NCBI GenBank assembly: GCA_037130335.1
Contig: JBAXTD010000001.1
Span: 103,419-167,418 of the forward strand
DNA from: a bacterium
GTDB lineage: Bacteria > Patescibacteriota > Minisyncoccia > Phycocordibacterales > UBA9973
Length of the DNA stretch: 64,000 nucleotides
Direction: 5' to 3'
The notes under the pieces are model-generated. The model was given only the letters and a program-made list of their open reading frames with translations, ran no database searches and was not told the origin of the DNA. Shown one piece after another: positions 9,917-19,540 of the stretch (positions are counted from its first letter, which is position 1; every line of letters begins with the position of its first letter). Made by a program: the position numbers and the translations under genes.

Positions 9917-10723
9917 ATGAAAATATGTCATAGTGCAGATGTAATGATTAAACAAGATAAAAAATTCGTATCTGACAAAATATATATTTATGGCCATCAT
10001 GCTGTCGAAGAAGCTCTTTTGAACTGCCCACAATCGATGGATTTGATTTTGGCTGCACACCCGATTTCTTCAGAATATCTACAAATCGCAAAAGACAATA
10101 AAATTCGTATCGAAAAATTAACCAAAGATTCTATTCCGCGCGGAGTAGACAATACACTCGTACACCAAGGATATATTGGTCGTATTTCAATCGAAAATCT
10201 CGTTCGTCCATATAATGAATTCATTGAAACACTCGAAGTTACACCAGACATATGTATCGTCGTGCTTGGCGAAGTACAAGATCCACAAAACGTTGGCGCA
10301 ATTATTCGCTCGGCTGCTGCGTTTGGAATTGCGGCTGTGCTTATTCCAGAACACAAGCAGGCACAAGTAAATGGAACTGTCGTAAAAGTTTCTGCAGGTA
10401 TGGCTTTTCGCGTGCCACTTGTAAAAATCGGAAATGTAAATACAACTATCAAAGATTTGAAAGAGAGAGGATTTTGGATTTACGGACTTGATGGTGGAGC
10501 CAAACAATCACTTTCATCTGAAAAATTTGAATCCGCTGCAGTAATCATTCTCGGCAATGAAGGCGAGGGTATTCGTGAAAAAACTCTCGAAGCATGTGAT
10601 ATTCCACTTGCAATTCCAATGAACAAAAACTGTGAATCACTCAACGTGGCAGCTTCGGGTGCAGTTGCATTGTATGCATGGAGTGCTAAACACCCCAAAG
10701 CACTAAAGCGAGGAGAATTCTAA
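9917..10723 (+). CDS. rlmB: SpoU/TrmH-family RNA 2'-O-methyltransferase (RlmB-like).
   Basis: VVLGEVQDPQNVGAIIRSAAAFG, LILGNEGEGI and ESLNVAASGAVALY motifs of SPOUT methylases. Confidence 0.75.
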   Translation: MKICHSADVMIKQDKKFVSDKIYIYGHHAVEEALLNCPQSMDLILAAHPISSEYLQIAKDNKIRIEKLTKDSIPRGVDNTLVHQGYIGRISIENLVRPYNEFIETLEVTPDICIVVLGEVQDPQNVGAIIRSAAAFGIAAVLIPEHKQAQVNGTVVKVSAGMAFRVPLVKIGNVNTTIKDLKERGFWIYGLDGGAKQSLSSEKFESAAVIILGNEGEGIREKTLEACDIPLAIPMNKNCESLNVAASGAVALYAWSAKHPKALKRGEF

Positions 10724-10761
10724 AAACCTTTCATTTTGGACAAAAATACGGTATTGTCTAT

Positions 10762-12246
10762 ATGTATATGGCAAAAAACGAAGCAGTGCTCCGATTTGAA
10801 GGAGTGTCATTTGAATATGGTCCAAATAAACCTATTTTAGACGAGGTGACTTTTTCTTTGCGCGAGGGTAGTAAAGTTACAATCATGGGTCAAAACGGTG
10901 CTGGTAAAAGTACGATTTTTAAACTCATCACAAAGGATTTACTTCCAGAAAATGGAACAATAAATATTGTAAATGGTCTCTCAATTGCAATTTCTAAACA
11001 AGTCATTCCACGCGATGATTTGTCACTTACTGTGCGTGATTTTTTCCTTAAATGTTTCGATCAAAAAATTTATGATATCGATCCACGAATCGACGAAGTG
11101 CTTGAAGTTGTAAATTTGAAAGGCCACGAAAAAGTTCACGATCGAATAATAAAAACATTTTCCGGTGGGCAACAAGCACGACTTCTCCTCGCGTCAGCGC
11201 TCATCCAAAATCCTGATTTGCTTTTGCTTGATGAGCCGACAAATAATTTGGATCACGCGGGAATCAAACACCTCACTGATTTTCTCATTAAATATCAAAA
11301 AACTGTGATGGTCATTTCCCACGATGCAGAATTCCTCAATGCGTTTTCTGATGGTGTGCTTTATCTCGATATTCATACACGCAAAATTGAACAATATGCG
11401 GGTAACTACAACACCGTACTCAAAGATATTTCTGCACGTGTTGAAAAGGAAAACATGAAAAACGCTCAGCTTGCAAAACAAATTCAAGCCAAAAAAGACA
11501 AATCAAATGAATTTGCACACAAAGGAGGACGTCTTCGTCTCGTTGCAAAACGTATGAAAGAGCTCGCCGAAGAACTCGAAGACGAAATGGTGGATGTGCG
11601 TCGCGAAGACCGTACAATCAAAGCATTCACAATTCCGAACCAGCCCGATTTGATTGGAGAAATAATTTCAATTACTGCGTATACAATTGCACATCCGACC
11701 ACGCACAAGATTGTCAAAAAGACTGCAAAAGTTTCTTTGAAAAAAAATCAGCATTTGCTACTTCGTGGTCCAAACGGAATTGGCAAAAGTACATTGCTCG
11801 AAAAGATTGCGAGTGGTGAATCGGAAGGATCAAAAATCGCACCAGGTGTACGTGTCGGATATTATCGCCAAGATTTTTCAACACTTAATTTCGAAGACAC
11901 TGTCAAAGAATGTCTCTCGAACGCAATGCTCGAAGGCGGGGAGCGTCTCAATGAGGAACGTATGCGCTCTATTGCTGCGAGTTTCCTCATTACCGGAGAA
12001 ATCATTAATACCAAAATTGGCGCATTGTCTGAAGGTCAAAAAGGTCTCGTTGCGTTTGCGCGACTCGTGCTCGTCCGTCCAGGTTTACTTATCCTCGATG
12101 AGCCAACCAACCATATCAATTTCCGTCACTTGCCAGTCATTGCCGAAGCCCTTTCTCAGTATCAAGGCGCAATGATTGTCGTATCTCACGTTCCAGAATT
12201 TGTATCAAAAATTCGTATCGATGAAATTCTCGATTTGGAGAAATAG
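10762..12246 (+). CDS. ABC-F family ATPase (two tandem NBDs, no TMD).
   Basis: Walker A GQNGAGKST and GPNGIGKST, two signature motifs. A charged linker lies between the domains. Confidence 0.8.
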   Translation: MYMAKNEAVLRFEGVSFEYGPNKPILDEVTFSLREGSKVTIMGQNGAGKSTIFKLITKDLLPENGTINIVNGLSIAISKQVIPRDDLSLTVRDFFLKCFDQKIYDIDPRIDEVLEVVNLKGHEKVHDRIIKTFSGGQQARLLLASALIQNPDLLLLDEPTNNLDHAGIKHLTDFLIKYQKTVMVISHDAEFLNAFSDGVLYLDIHTRKIEQYAGNYNTVLKDISARVEKENMKNAQLAKQIQAKKDKSNEFAHKGGRLRLVAKRMKELAEELEDEMVDVRREDRTIKAFTIPNQPDLIGEIISITAYTIAHPTTHKIVKKTAKVSLKKNQHLLLRGPNGIGKSTLLEKIASGESEGSKIAPGVRVGYYRQDFSTLNFEDTVKECLSNAMLEGGERLNEERMRSIAASFLITGEIINTKIGALSEGQKGLVAFARLVLVRPGLLILDEPTNHINFRHLPVIAEALSQYQGAMIVVSHVPEFVSKIRIDEILDLEK

Positions 12247-12262
12247 AGATAAAAATATAAAT

Positions 12263-12739
12263 ATGCCAAAAAAACTTACCGACGAAGAATATCATAAATC
12301 GCTTCCAAAAAAACAAATTGGCACGGCTGTGTTATTTTTTAATTCAAAAAGAGAAATCCTTATTGTAAAACCAGATTATAAAGAATCGTGGCTTGTTGTT
12401 GGTGGTTCAAATGATGAAAATGAATCTCCGCTTCAGTGCGCAATCCGAGAAACAAAAGAAGAAATCGGTTTGGAGATTTCCCAAATGAAGTTGATTGGTG
12501 TGTATCATTCTCCAAAAAACGGAATTCATTCTGACGCTCTCAAATTTATTTTTGATGGAGGTGAATTGACTGACGAACAGATTTCGCAAATCAAATTACA
12601 GGCAGGTGAATTAACTGAATATAAATTTGAAAATCCGGAAAAAGCAATTCAATTGTTTTCAAACTCTCTCAAAAATTCTATTCCACAATGTTTGAATGCG
12701 ATCAAAGAAAATACGTGTGTGTATATTGATGGCGTATAG
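12263..12739 (+). CDS. NUDIX hydrolase.
   Basis: Nudix box GGSNDENESPLQCAIRETKEEIG. ATG at 12263 was chosen over the longer ORF from 12176, which overlaps the ABC-F end. Confidence 0.7.
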   Translation: MPKKLTDEEYHKSLPKKQIGTAVLFFNSKREILIVKPDYKESWLVVGGSNDENESPLQCAIRETKEEIGLEISQMKLIGVYHSPKNGIHSDALKFIFDGGELTDEQISQIKLQAGELTEYKFENPEKAIQLFSNSLKNSIPQCLNAIKENTCVYIDGV

Positions 12740-12748
12740 AGTTTAAAA

Positions 12749-13669
12749 TTGGAGAGATTGTGGTACACTAAGCATATGACATGGCTTATTTTGGCGATTC
12801 TTGCTCCATTTATCTGGAGTATTGCAAATTATGTAGATAAATTTATTCTCACCAAGGCTGGAGATTCAAATGGAGGAAGTGAAGGTTTGATTGTGTTGTC
12901 TTCGCTTATGAGTTTAATTTTTGCTTTGGGATTGTTTTTTGTAATAAAGAGTCAAGGTATTGTTCTCGATAAATATTCTATTTTTGTCTTGATACTTTCA
13001 GGTATCTTTGAGGCGTTGTATATTTATTTTTATTTTTTATCTCTCGAAATTGAATCTGCGAGTACTGTAATTGCGTTGTTTCAATTTGCGCCAGTGTTTG
13101 GAATATTATTTGGATATATATTTATTCATGAGATTCCAACTGGTATGCAATTGGTTGCCATGCTCGTTATATTTTTGGGTACGATTTGTCTCGTTGTAAA
13201 AAAAGGTGAGTTTCATTTTAATTGGAAAGTTATAAAATTAATGACTGTTTCAACGTTGTTTGTGGGACTTTTTAGTACCTTTTTTAAAATGGCAGGGGAA
13301 TCCGTTCCACTTTGGACAGCAATATTTTGGCAATATATCGGTATTGGACTTGTAGGAATCGCATTCTTGTTTTCTACCAAAGCTCAAAAACAATTTACAT
13401 CAATGCTTACTGGTAGTGCTGTTATTTTTTCTGGATTGGCTGAAATTTTAAACATCGGTGCAGTTTTGGCCCTCAACGCAGCTCTTGTACTCGCACCTGT
13501 TGGATTAGTGCTTTCAATAAGTTCAGTACAACCAGTATTTACCTTTGCAGAGGGGGTTCTTTTGGCTTTTTTGTTACCAAAAATATTCAAAAAAGATAAA
13601 CCCAGATTTAATTTGCAGTATTTACTCGGCATATCATTGGTAGTAATTGGAGGATTTCTAATATATTAA
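12749..13669 (+). CDS. EamA/DMT-family transporter (10 TMS).
   Basis: Ten predicted TM helices arranged as two 5-TMS halves. Confidence 0.6.
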   Translation: MERLWYTKHMTWLILAILAPFIWSIANYVDKFILTKAGDSNGGSEGLIVLSSLMSLIFALGLFFVIKSQGIVLDKYSIFVLILSGIFEALYIYFYFLSLEIESASTVIALFQFAPVFGILFGYIFIHEIPTGMQLVAMLVIFLGTICLVVKKGEFHFNWKVIKLMTVSTLFVGLFSTFFKMAGESVPLWTAIFWQYIGIGLVGIAFLFSTKAQKQFTSMLTGSAVIFSGLAEILNIGAVLALNAALVLAPVGLVLSISSVQPVFTFAEGVLLAFLLPKIFKKDKPRFNLQYLLGISLVVIGGFLIY

Positions 13670-13721
13670 CGAGTGGTAAAAACCTTATTTTTGTGATAAT
13701 CTGAAATATATAGAAGATTTT

Positions 13722-14624
13722 ATGATTCCTCAATTTCCTGAATTTAAAAAACTCGAACTTTCTGACCGAGATGAAATTGAAAGTTTTACAAAGAAATTTC
13801 CACCATATTCTGATTTTAATTTTATTAGCATGTGGAGTTGGGATATTAAAGGTGAAATGAAGGTTGCCTGGTTTAATGGAAATTTAGTAGTTAAATTTAC
13901 AGATTACCTCACGGGGGAGCCATTCTACTCATTTTTGGGTACAAATAAAGTAAATGAAACAGCAGCTGCTCTCATTGAAATATCAAAAATTCTTGGACAA
14001 AAGCATTCTATTTGTCTGATTCCAGAAACAATAGCTACATTATTGGACCCACGAGAGTTTATTATAAAAGAGGAACCCGATCATTTCGATTATATTTATG
14101 ATTTAGCGGTTGTTTCAAAGATGGAAGAAGAAATTTTTGAACGAAAACGACGCTATATTAAAAGTTTTTTGGAAAATGATAGTTTCTATCGCACTCTTGA
14201 TTTGTCTGATTCAGATGCACTGTCCATGATTGAAGAAGTTAATCAAACATGGATTAAAAATAAAGTTACAATAAATGCTAATTTTGAATATAAAAATGAA
14301 TTTATCGCACTTGGGCGTTTTTTAAATTCTCGTTCGTTTAAAAATGTAGTTGCAACTTTTTTACTTATTGAAAACAAGCCGGTTGCATATGCTATATACG
14401 AAGAAGATTTAAATGGATATATAATTTCTCATTTTGAAAAGGCAGATTTTTCATACAAGGGTATTAATGATTATTTTTTACAACAAGACTGCGCGTTTTT
14501 TTTAGAGAAAGGCTTTCATTTGATGAATATTGAGCAAGATTTGGGTATTCCAGGGCTTAAACAAAGTAAGAAAAGTTTTTCAACAGGTATGTACCTTAAA
14601 AAATATTCTATTATGTTAAAATAA
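13722..14624 (+). CDS. Hypothetical protein, possibly DUF2156 / MprF C-terminal-like GNAT fold.
   Basis: 300 aa soluble protein. Only a weak pattern recollection supports the family call. Confidence 0.3.
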   Translation: MIPQFPEFKKLELSDRDEIESFTKKFPPYSDFNFISMWSWDIKGEMKVAWFNGNLVVKFTDYLTGEPFYSFLGTNKVNETAAALIEISKILGQKHSICLIPETIATLLDPREFIIKEEPDHFDYIYDLAVVSKMEEEIFERKRRYIKSFLENDSFYRTLDLSDSDALSMIEEVNQTWIKNKVTINANFEYKNEFIALGRFLNSRSFKNVVATFLLIENKPVAYAIYEEDLNGYIISHFEKADFSYKGINDYFLQQDCAFFLEKGFHLMNIEQDLGIPGLKQSKKSFSTGMYLKKYSIMLK

Positions 14625-14628
14625 AATT

Positions 14629-15465
14629 ATGTTGATGAATAAAAAGGCGCTCAATATAGTGACTATTTTGATAATTGTTTTAGCTATTGTTTTTACATAT
14701 TTTTTTGTAAGTAATCTTTTTATTGTTCAACCAAACACAACTGACGTTGTAGGGGTGTTTACATGGGCTGACTTTTATCAAATTATTGCTCTTGTTGGAG
14801 GTGTAGCGGGTTTCTTTGTATCTCAAGCATGGGGCGGACTCAAGAGTATTTTAGGTAGAGCGATATTTTTTATTAGTCTAGGCTTATTTTTTCAGAATAT
14901 AGGACAGACAATCTTTAGTTTTTATGCAATTTATTGGCCAAATACAACATTCTATCCATCTCTAGCCGACATTGGATTTTTTGGAAGTGTTCTATCTTAT
15001 ATTTATGGTGTTTATTTGATTTGCAAAATGTGCGGAGTTCATAGAGGTTTTATAAATAGTAACAAAATCAAATTGGTTGTTTTCCTTGTTCCAATTGTTA
15101 TTCTAGGGGGTTCGTATTTTGTTTTTCTAAAGGATTATTTGTATGATCCGACAAGTCCCATAAAGGTTTTCTTGGATTTTGGATATCCATTGGGTCAGGC
15201 ACTTTATATCGCACTTACAGTGCTTGCATATATTGTTTCCAAAAACACTCTCGGTGGAATGATGCGAAGCACGATACTTATTTTGTTTATTGCGTTGCTT
15301 TTACAGTATGCTGCTGATTTTAATTTCTTGTATCAATCGACAAGTGATTCATGGGTTCTCTCTGGAAGCTACGGGGACTTTTTGTATCTAATTTCGTATA
15401 CATTTATGTCACTTACGTTGATTAAATTTGGCTATAAGAACCAAGAGTTTATGAAAAAAATATAA
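14629..15465 (+). CDS. Polytopic membrane protein, unknown function.
   Basis: About 8 hydrophobic helices. Confidence 0.5.
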   Translation: MLMNKKALNIVTILIIVLAIVFTYFFVSNLFIVQPNTTDVVGVFTWADFYQIIALVGGVAGFFVSQAWGGLKSILGRAIFFISLGLFFQNIGQTIFSFYAIYWPNTTFYPSLADIGFFGSVLSYIYGVYLICKMCGVHRGFINSNKIKLVVFLVPIVILGGSYFVFLKDYLYDPTSPIKVFLDFGYPLGQALYIALTVLAYIVSKNTLGGMMRSTILILFIALLLQYAADFNFLYQSTSDSWVLSGSYGDFLYLISYTFMSLTLIKFGYKNQEFMKKI

Positions 15466-15492
15466 CCTTACTAATAACACTCACTGATAATT

Positions 15493-15789
15493 ATGGACAC
15501 AACAATAAATGTATTTAATGAAATATCGATTCGAATCATCAAGGAGCAGGAGGCTATCATTGGCCCTTTGGCTTGGGCTGAGGCATCAAAGGTTTCTGGG
15601 TTTGAAGTTATTGATGCAGACAAAAAGATAGTAAACATCAAAGCTGAAGACCCAAGAGAAGTTGTAAATGCACTCGTTGCACGATACGAAAAACTTTTTG
15701 GAAGACTGTCTCGAGATGTAAGTAGACAAGCCGTTTCAGATTTAACCGCTGATATCCCAAACGAGGATATTCCTGCAAGTTTGAAATAA
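15493..15789 (+). CDS. Hypothetical small protein (98 aa).
   Basis: Balanced composition. The overlapping minus-strand ORF 15471..15842 is Ser/Ala-biased and judged spurious. Confidence 0.35.
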   Translation: MDTTINVFNEISIRIIKEQEAIIGPLAWAEASKVSGFEVIDADKKIVNIKAEDPREVVNALVARYEKLFGRLSRDVSRQAVSDLTADIPNEDIPASLK

Positions 15790-15877
15790 GTTAACGAGAG
15801 AACTGACTTTTTTGTTGGTTTATTTTTTTGTTTTTTATGCACCTAAAAGCGATTATCAGTCGTATTAATTATGTGGG

Positions 15878-15886
15878 TGCTATAAT
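15878..15886 (+). promoter_or_regulatory. Extended -10 promoter element, TGcTATAAT.
   Basis: TGn plus a perfect TATAAT, 16 bp upstream of the DoxX ATG. Confidence 0.4.
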
Positions 15887-15901
15887 AAAAATACAAAAAA
15901 T

Positions 15902-16291
15902 ATGAATATAAATAATACATTAAAATTGTGGGCGGGGCCCGTGCTACGCTATGTCATGTCGGCGGTTATTTTGTGGTTTGGTATACAACAATTTCTACAT
16001 ACTGAAGCATGGACTGCATATATTCCGGATTCGATTGTTGCAATTACTGGCGTGAGCGCGACAGTGTTGGTGTATGTAAATGCAGTGTTTGAAGTTTTAT
16101 TTGGATTTTTACTCCTTATCGGTTGGCAGACACGTATCGTCGCATTACTTCTTGGACTACATTTACTAGATATTATGTGGGTTGTAGGATACGGAGAAAT
16201 TGGGGTGCGTGATTTCGGACTCGCTATGGCATTGCTTGTCGTGTGCATGAATGGAGCAGATTTTCTTTCTCTTGATTATAAAAATAATTAA
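15902..16291 (+). CDS. DoxX-family membrane protein.
   Basis: 129 aa with 4 TM helices and a DoxX-like N-terminus (LRYVMSAVILWFGIQQF). Confidence 0.55.
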   Translation: MNINNTLKLWAGPVLRYVMSAVILWFGIQQFLHTEAWTAYIPDSIVAITGVSATVLVYVNAVFEVLFGFLLLIGWQTRIVALLLGLHLLDIMWVVGYGEIGVRDFGLAMALLVVCMNGADFLSLDYKNN

Positions 16292-16302
16292 TAATTTAAT
16301 TT

Positions 16303-16950
16303 ATGGAACCAAATAATTCAAATAAAAATCTGGGTATAGGAATATCGATTGCAGTTGTAGCGCTTGTCGTGTTTGTGACTGCTTTTTTTGGTAAAAATTC
16401 ATCTACTCAAACTGCTTCAAATACACAACCTGCTGATGTAAATAATACTTCAAGTAGTACAACAACAGGCAATACTAATACAAAAACATCGCCCGTAGTA
16501 AATACTACTACTGTTGCAAATCGTGATGATGAAAATGATTCTAATTCTGACGAGGATTCCGAAGGTTCTACAAATCCAGCCACACCAGTATCAAATCCGG
16601 TTCCAACACCAGTACCTATCGTTAACACAACCAAAAAAACAAGTGCAGGTTTGGTATACAAGGATGGGACATATACTGCAACCGGTTCATATGATTCACC
16701 AGGTGGATATGATCAGTTTAGTGTTACATTGACGGTAAAAAATGATATTGTAACTGCTGCTTCTATTGGTAATTTTCAAGGAGGTGGAACATCACAAAGA
16801 TACTATAATTATTTCCAAAGTGGATACCAGCAATACGTAGTAGGAAAAAATCTTTCGACGCTTAATGTAGGAAAAGTTTCTCGTTCATCACTTACACCAA
16901 TCGGTTTCAATGATGCTGTTGCGCAAATCCGTTCGCAAGCAAAAGCATAA
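16303..16950 (+). CDS. Membrane-anchored extracytoplasmic FMN-binding-domain protein.
   Basis: N-terminal TM, a Thr/Ser/Pro-rich linker, and a C-terminal FMN_bind-like domain (GTYTATGSYDSPGGYDQFSVTLTVKNDIVTAASIG...VGKVSRSSLTP). Confidence 0.6.
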   Translation: MEPNNSNKNLGIGISIAVVALVVFVTAFFGKNSSTQTASNTQPADVNNTSSSTTTGNTNTKTSPVVNTTTVANRDDENDSNSDEDSEGSTNPATPVSNPVPTPVPIVNTTKKTSAGLVYKDGTYTATGSYDSPGGYDQFSVTLTVKNDIVTAASIGNFQGGGTSQRYYNYFQSGYQQYVVGKNLSTLNVGKVSRSSLTPIGFNDAVAQIRSQAKA

Positions 16951-16953
16951 TCA

Positions 16954-17829
16954 ATGACTACGTTTACTTTTGATGCAATTGGCACCTCGTGGCAGATTGA
17001 TATTTATAAAACAATTCCTGATACAGAAAAATCAGAGTTATTTTTGGCAATACAAAAACGAATTACTGAGTTTGACAAAACATATTCACGCTTCCGGGAT
17101 GACTCGCTCGTTATGAATATCGCGCGTGAGTCTGGGAAATTTATTTTTCCCGAAGATTCCAAAAAAATATTTGAACTGTATTATGATTTGTATAATCTGA
17201 CTGATGGTTTTTTTACGCCATTTGTAGGGCAGATTTTGTCTGATGCGGGGTACGATGCACAGTATTCGTTGAAGCAAAAAAGAGAGCTCCAAAATCCGCC
17301 ACTGTGGGAAAGTGTTATCGATTTTGACTATCCGACACTTGTCGCCAAAGAACCCGTCCTGCTTGATTTTGGGGCTGGTGGCAAGGGATATCTCGTCGAT
17401 ATAGTCGCAGAAGTCATTGAAAAATATGGGATTTTTGAGTATGTCATTGATGCGGGAGGTGATATAGTACACAAGGGTAGTGTACCGATTAATATCGGAT
17501 TAGAACATCCACAAAATTTTGATCAAGCGATTGGAATATACAACCTTTCAAACGGAAGTCTCTGTGGCTCGGCAGGAAATAGAAGAGTGTGGGGAAACTT
17601 TACACATATCATAAATCCAGCAACGCTCGAGTCTCCAAAAAATATTTTGGGAGTATGGGTGTTTGCAAAAAACGCACTTCTCGCAGATTCGCTCGCAACA
17701 TGTTTGTTTTTTGTTTCGGCGCATAAACTTTTAAAAAAATACGATTTTGAATATCTCGTTATGTATGATGATATGCATATTGAGAAATCACATAACTTTT
17801 CTGCAGAAATTTTTCATGAAACAAAATAA
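16954..17829 (+). CDS. apbE: FAD:protein FMN transferase (ApbE family).
   Basis: GAGGKGYLVD and IDAGGDI motifs. Size and order of motifs fit ApbE. Confidence 0.7.
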   Translation: MTTFTFDAIGTSWQIDIYKTIPDTEKSELFLAIQKRITEFDKTYSRFRDDSLVMNIARESGKFIFPEDSKKIFELYYDLYNLTDGFFTPFVGQILSDAGYDAQYSLKQKRELQNPPLWESVIDFDYPTLVAKEPVLLDFGAGGKGYLVDIVAEVIEKYGIFEYVIDAGGDIVHKGSVPINIGLEHPQNFDQAIGIYNLSNGSLCGSAGNRRVWGNFTHIINPATLESPKNILGVWVFAKNALLADSLATCLFFVSAHKLLKKYDFEYLVMYDDMHIEKSHNFSAEIFHETK

Positions 17830-19534
17830 ACACAATTTAACAGAAGTTTTACAACCGTATATTTTTTCGGTTGTTGTTTTGGTGGTGCTTACAATTATTG
17901 CCAATGGACTTTCGCTTGCAGTTCCAAAAATTATCGCGAGTTCTATCGACTCATATACTCTGGGAACTTTTGTTTTGAATACAACACTTATAAAATTTAG
18001 TGTCATTGCATTGCTTATTCTTGTTTTTACATATTTACAAAATATTTCTCAGGTGTATGTATCAGAAAAAGTTGCTCGTAATTTACGCAACAAACTATCA
18101 GAAAAAATCTCAACTCAAACATACGCATATATAGAAAAGATTACCCCCGAAAAATTGCTTACTAATTTGACAGCCGACATTGATGCGATTAAATCATTTG
18201 TTTCGCAAGCAATTGTTTCGATTATTTCATCAATCTTTTTGATTATTGGAGCATCGGTATTGCTACTACTTACAAATTGGAAACTAGCGATACCAGTACT
18301 TTGTATTATTCCAGGTATTGGAATTACATTTTATTTTGTACTCAAAAAAGTTCGTACATTGTTTCGGAAAACCCAGGAGGCGATTGATTGGCTCAACAAG
18401 GTCATCAATGAAAGTATTTTGGGTGCGGCGCTTATCCGAATTTTGAATTCACGTGATATTGAGAAGAAAAAATTTGTGGCAGCAAATACACAAGCGCGTG
18501 ATATCAGTCTCAAAATATTGTCACTTTTTGCGGGTCTTATTCCGGCAATTAATTTCTTTATGAATTTGGCAACAATCGTGATCGTTGTACTCGGTGGTAA
18601 ATATGTTATTGATGGCTCGATGACACTTGGAAGTTTTACTGCATTCAATAGTTACTTGGCGATACTTATTTTTCCAATTATGATTATTGGATTTATGAGT
18701 AATGTGATTGCCGCAGCGTCTGCTTCGTATGGACGTATTGTAAAAGTATTATACGCACCAAGCGAAAAGAAACACGGCAAGGAACAAATTCTTTTGACTG
18801 GCACAATCAATGTCGCAGATATTAATCTTTCGTATGGACAAAAGGATGTACTCAAGCATGTATCATTTTCGGTTTTGCCTGGAACAAAAACTGCAATTAT
18901 TGGACCAACGGGTTCAGGTAAAACTCAATTATTGTATGTGATCACGGGTTTACTGGATTTAACATCTGGTTCTGTAATGTTTGATGGTATAAACGTACAT
19001 GATTTTGATAAAGAAAATTTTCACAGTCAAATAGGATTTGTATTTCAAGACAGTTCAATTTTTAATGTAAGCTTGCGAGAGAATATTGCATTTGGTGATA
19101 CCGTCACAGATGAATATCTGAAACGTGCGATTAGTTCGGCAGAGCTCGATGATTTCGTTGAGTCGCTTCCAAAAAAATTAGATACGATTGTTTCGGAGCG
19201 TGGATCAAGTCTCTCAGGTGGTCAGAAACAACGTATCATGCTTGCTCGTGCGCTTGCACTTAATCCAAAGATTTTATTACTTGATGATTTCACGGCACGC
19301 GTGGATACCAAAACCGAACGTGCGATTTTGAAAAATGTGGAAAATAATTATCCCGATATTACACTTATTTCTGTAACACAAAAAATTGCTTCTATTGAAC
19401 ACTATGATCAAATTATTTTGCTCGATGAAGGGGAAATTATTGCCACCGGTACACATGCAGAACTTCTCGAAAATTCTCCCGAGTACGTTCAAATTTATGA
19501 GTCGCAAAAAAGTACGGAGAATTATGAAGGATAA
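17816..19534 (+). CDS. ABC exporter, fused TMD-NBD (half of a heterodimer).
   Basis: Six TM helices, Walker A GPTGSGKTQ, signature LSGGQKQR. Its ATG overlaps the ApbE stop by 14 nt. Confidence 0.8.
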   Translation: MKQNKHNLTEVLQPYIFSVVVLVVLTIIANGLSLAVPKIIASSIDSYTLGTFVLNTTLIKFSVIALLILVFTYLQNISQVYVSEKVARNLRNKLSEKISTQTYAYIEKITPEKLLTNLTADIDAIKSFVSQAIVSIISSIFLIIGASVLLLLTNWKLAIPVLCIIPGIGITFYFVLKKVRTLFRKTQEAIDWLNKVINESILGAALIRILNSRDIEKKKFVAANTQARDISLKILSLFAGLIPAINFFMNLATIVIVVLGGKYVIDGSMTLGSFTAFNSYLAILIFPIMIIGFMSNVIAAASASYGRIVKVLYAPSEKKHGKEQILLTGTINVADINLSYGQKDVLKHVSFSVLPGTKTAIIGPTGSGKTQLLYVITGLLDLTSGSVMFDGINVHDFDKENFHSQIGFVFQDSSIFNVSLRENIAFGDTVTDEYLKRAISSAELDDFVESLPKKLDTIVSERGSSLSGGQKQRIMLARALALNPKILLLDDFTARVDTKTERAILKNVENNYPDITLISVTQKIASIEHYDQIILLDEGEIIATGTHAELLENSPEYVQIYESQKSTENYEG

Positions 19535-19540
19535 AAATAT

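Noticed and set aside
12176-12262. Longer start for the NUDIX gene at 12176.
   Set aside because: It would overlap the ABC-F C-terminus by 70 nt in another frame. The internal ATG at 12263 gives a typical Nudix N-terminus.
15471-15842. Minus-strand 123-aa ORF overlapping the plus-strand 98-aa ORF.
   Set aside because: It has a Ser/Ala-rich, low-complexity translation. The plus-strand reading is more protein-like, though neither is certain.
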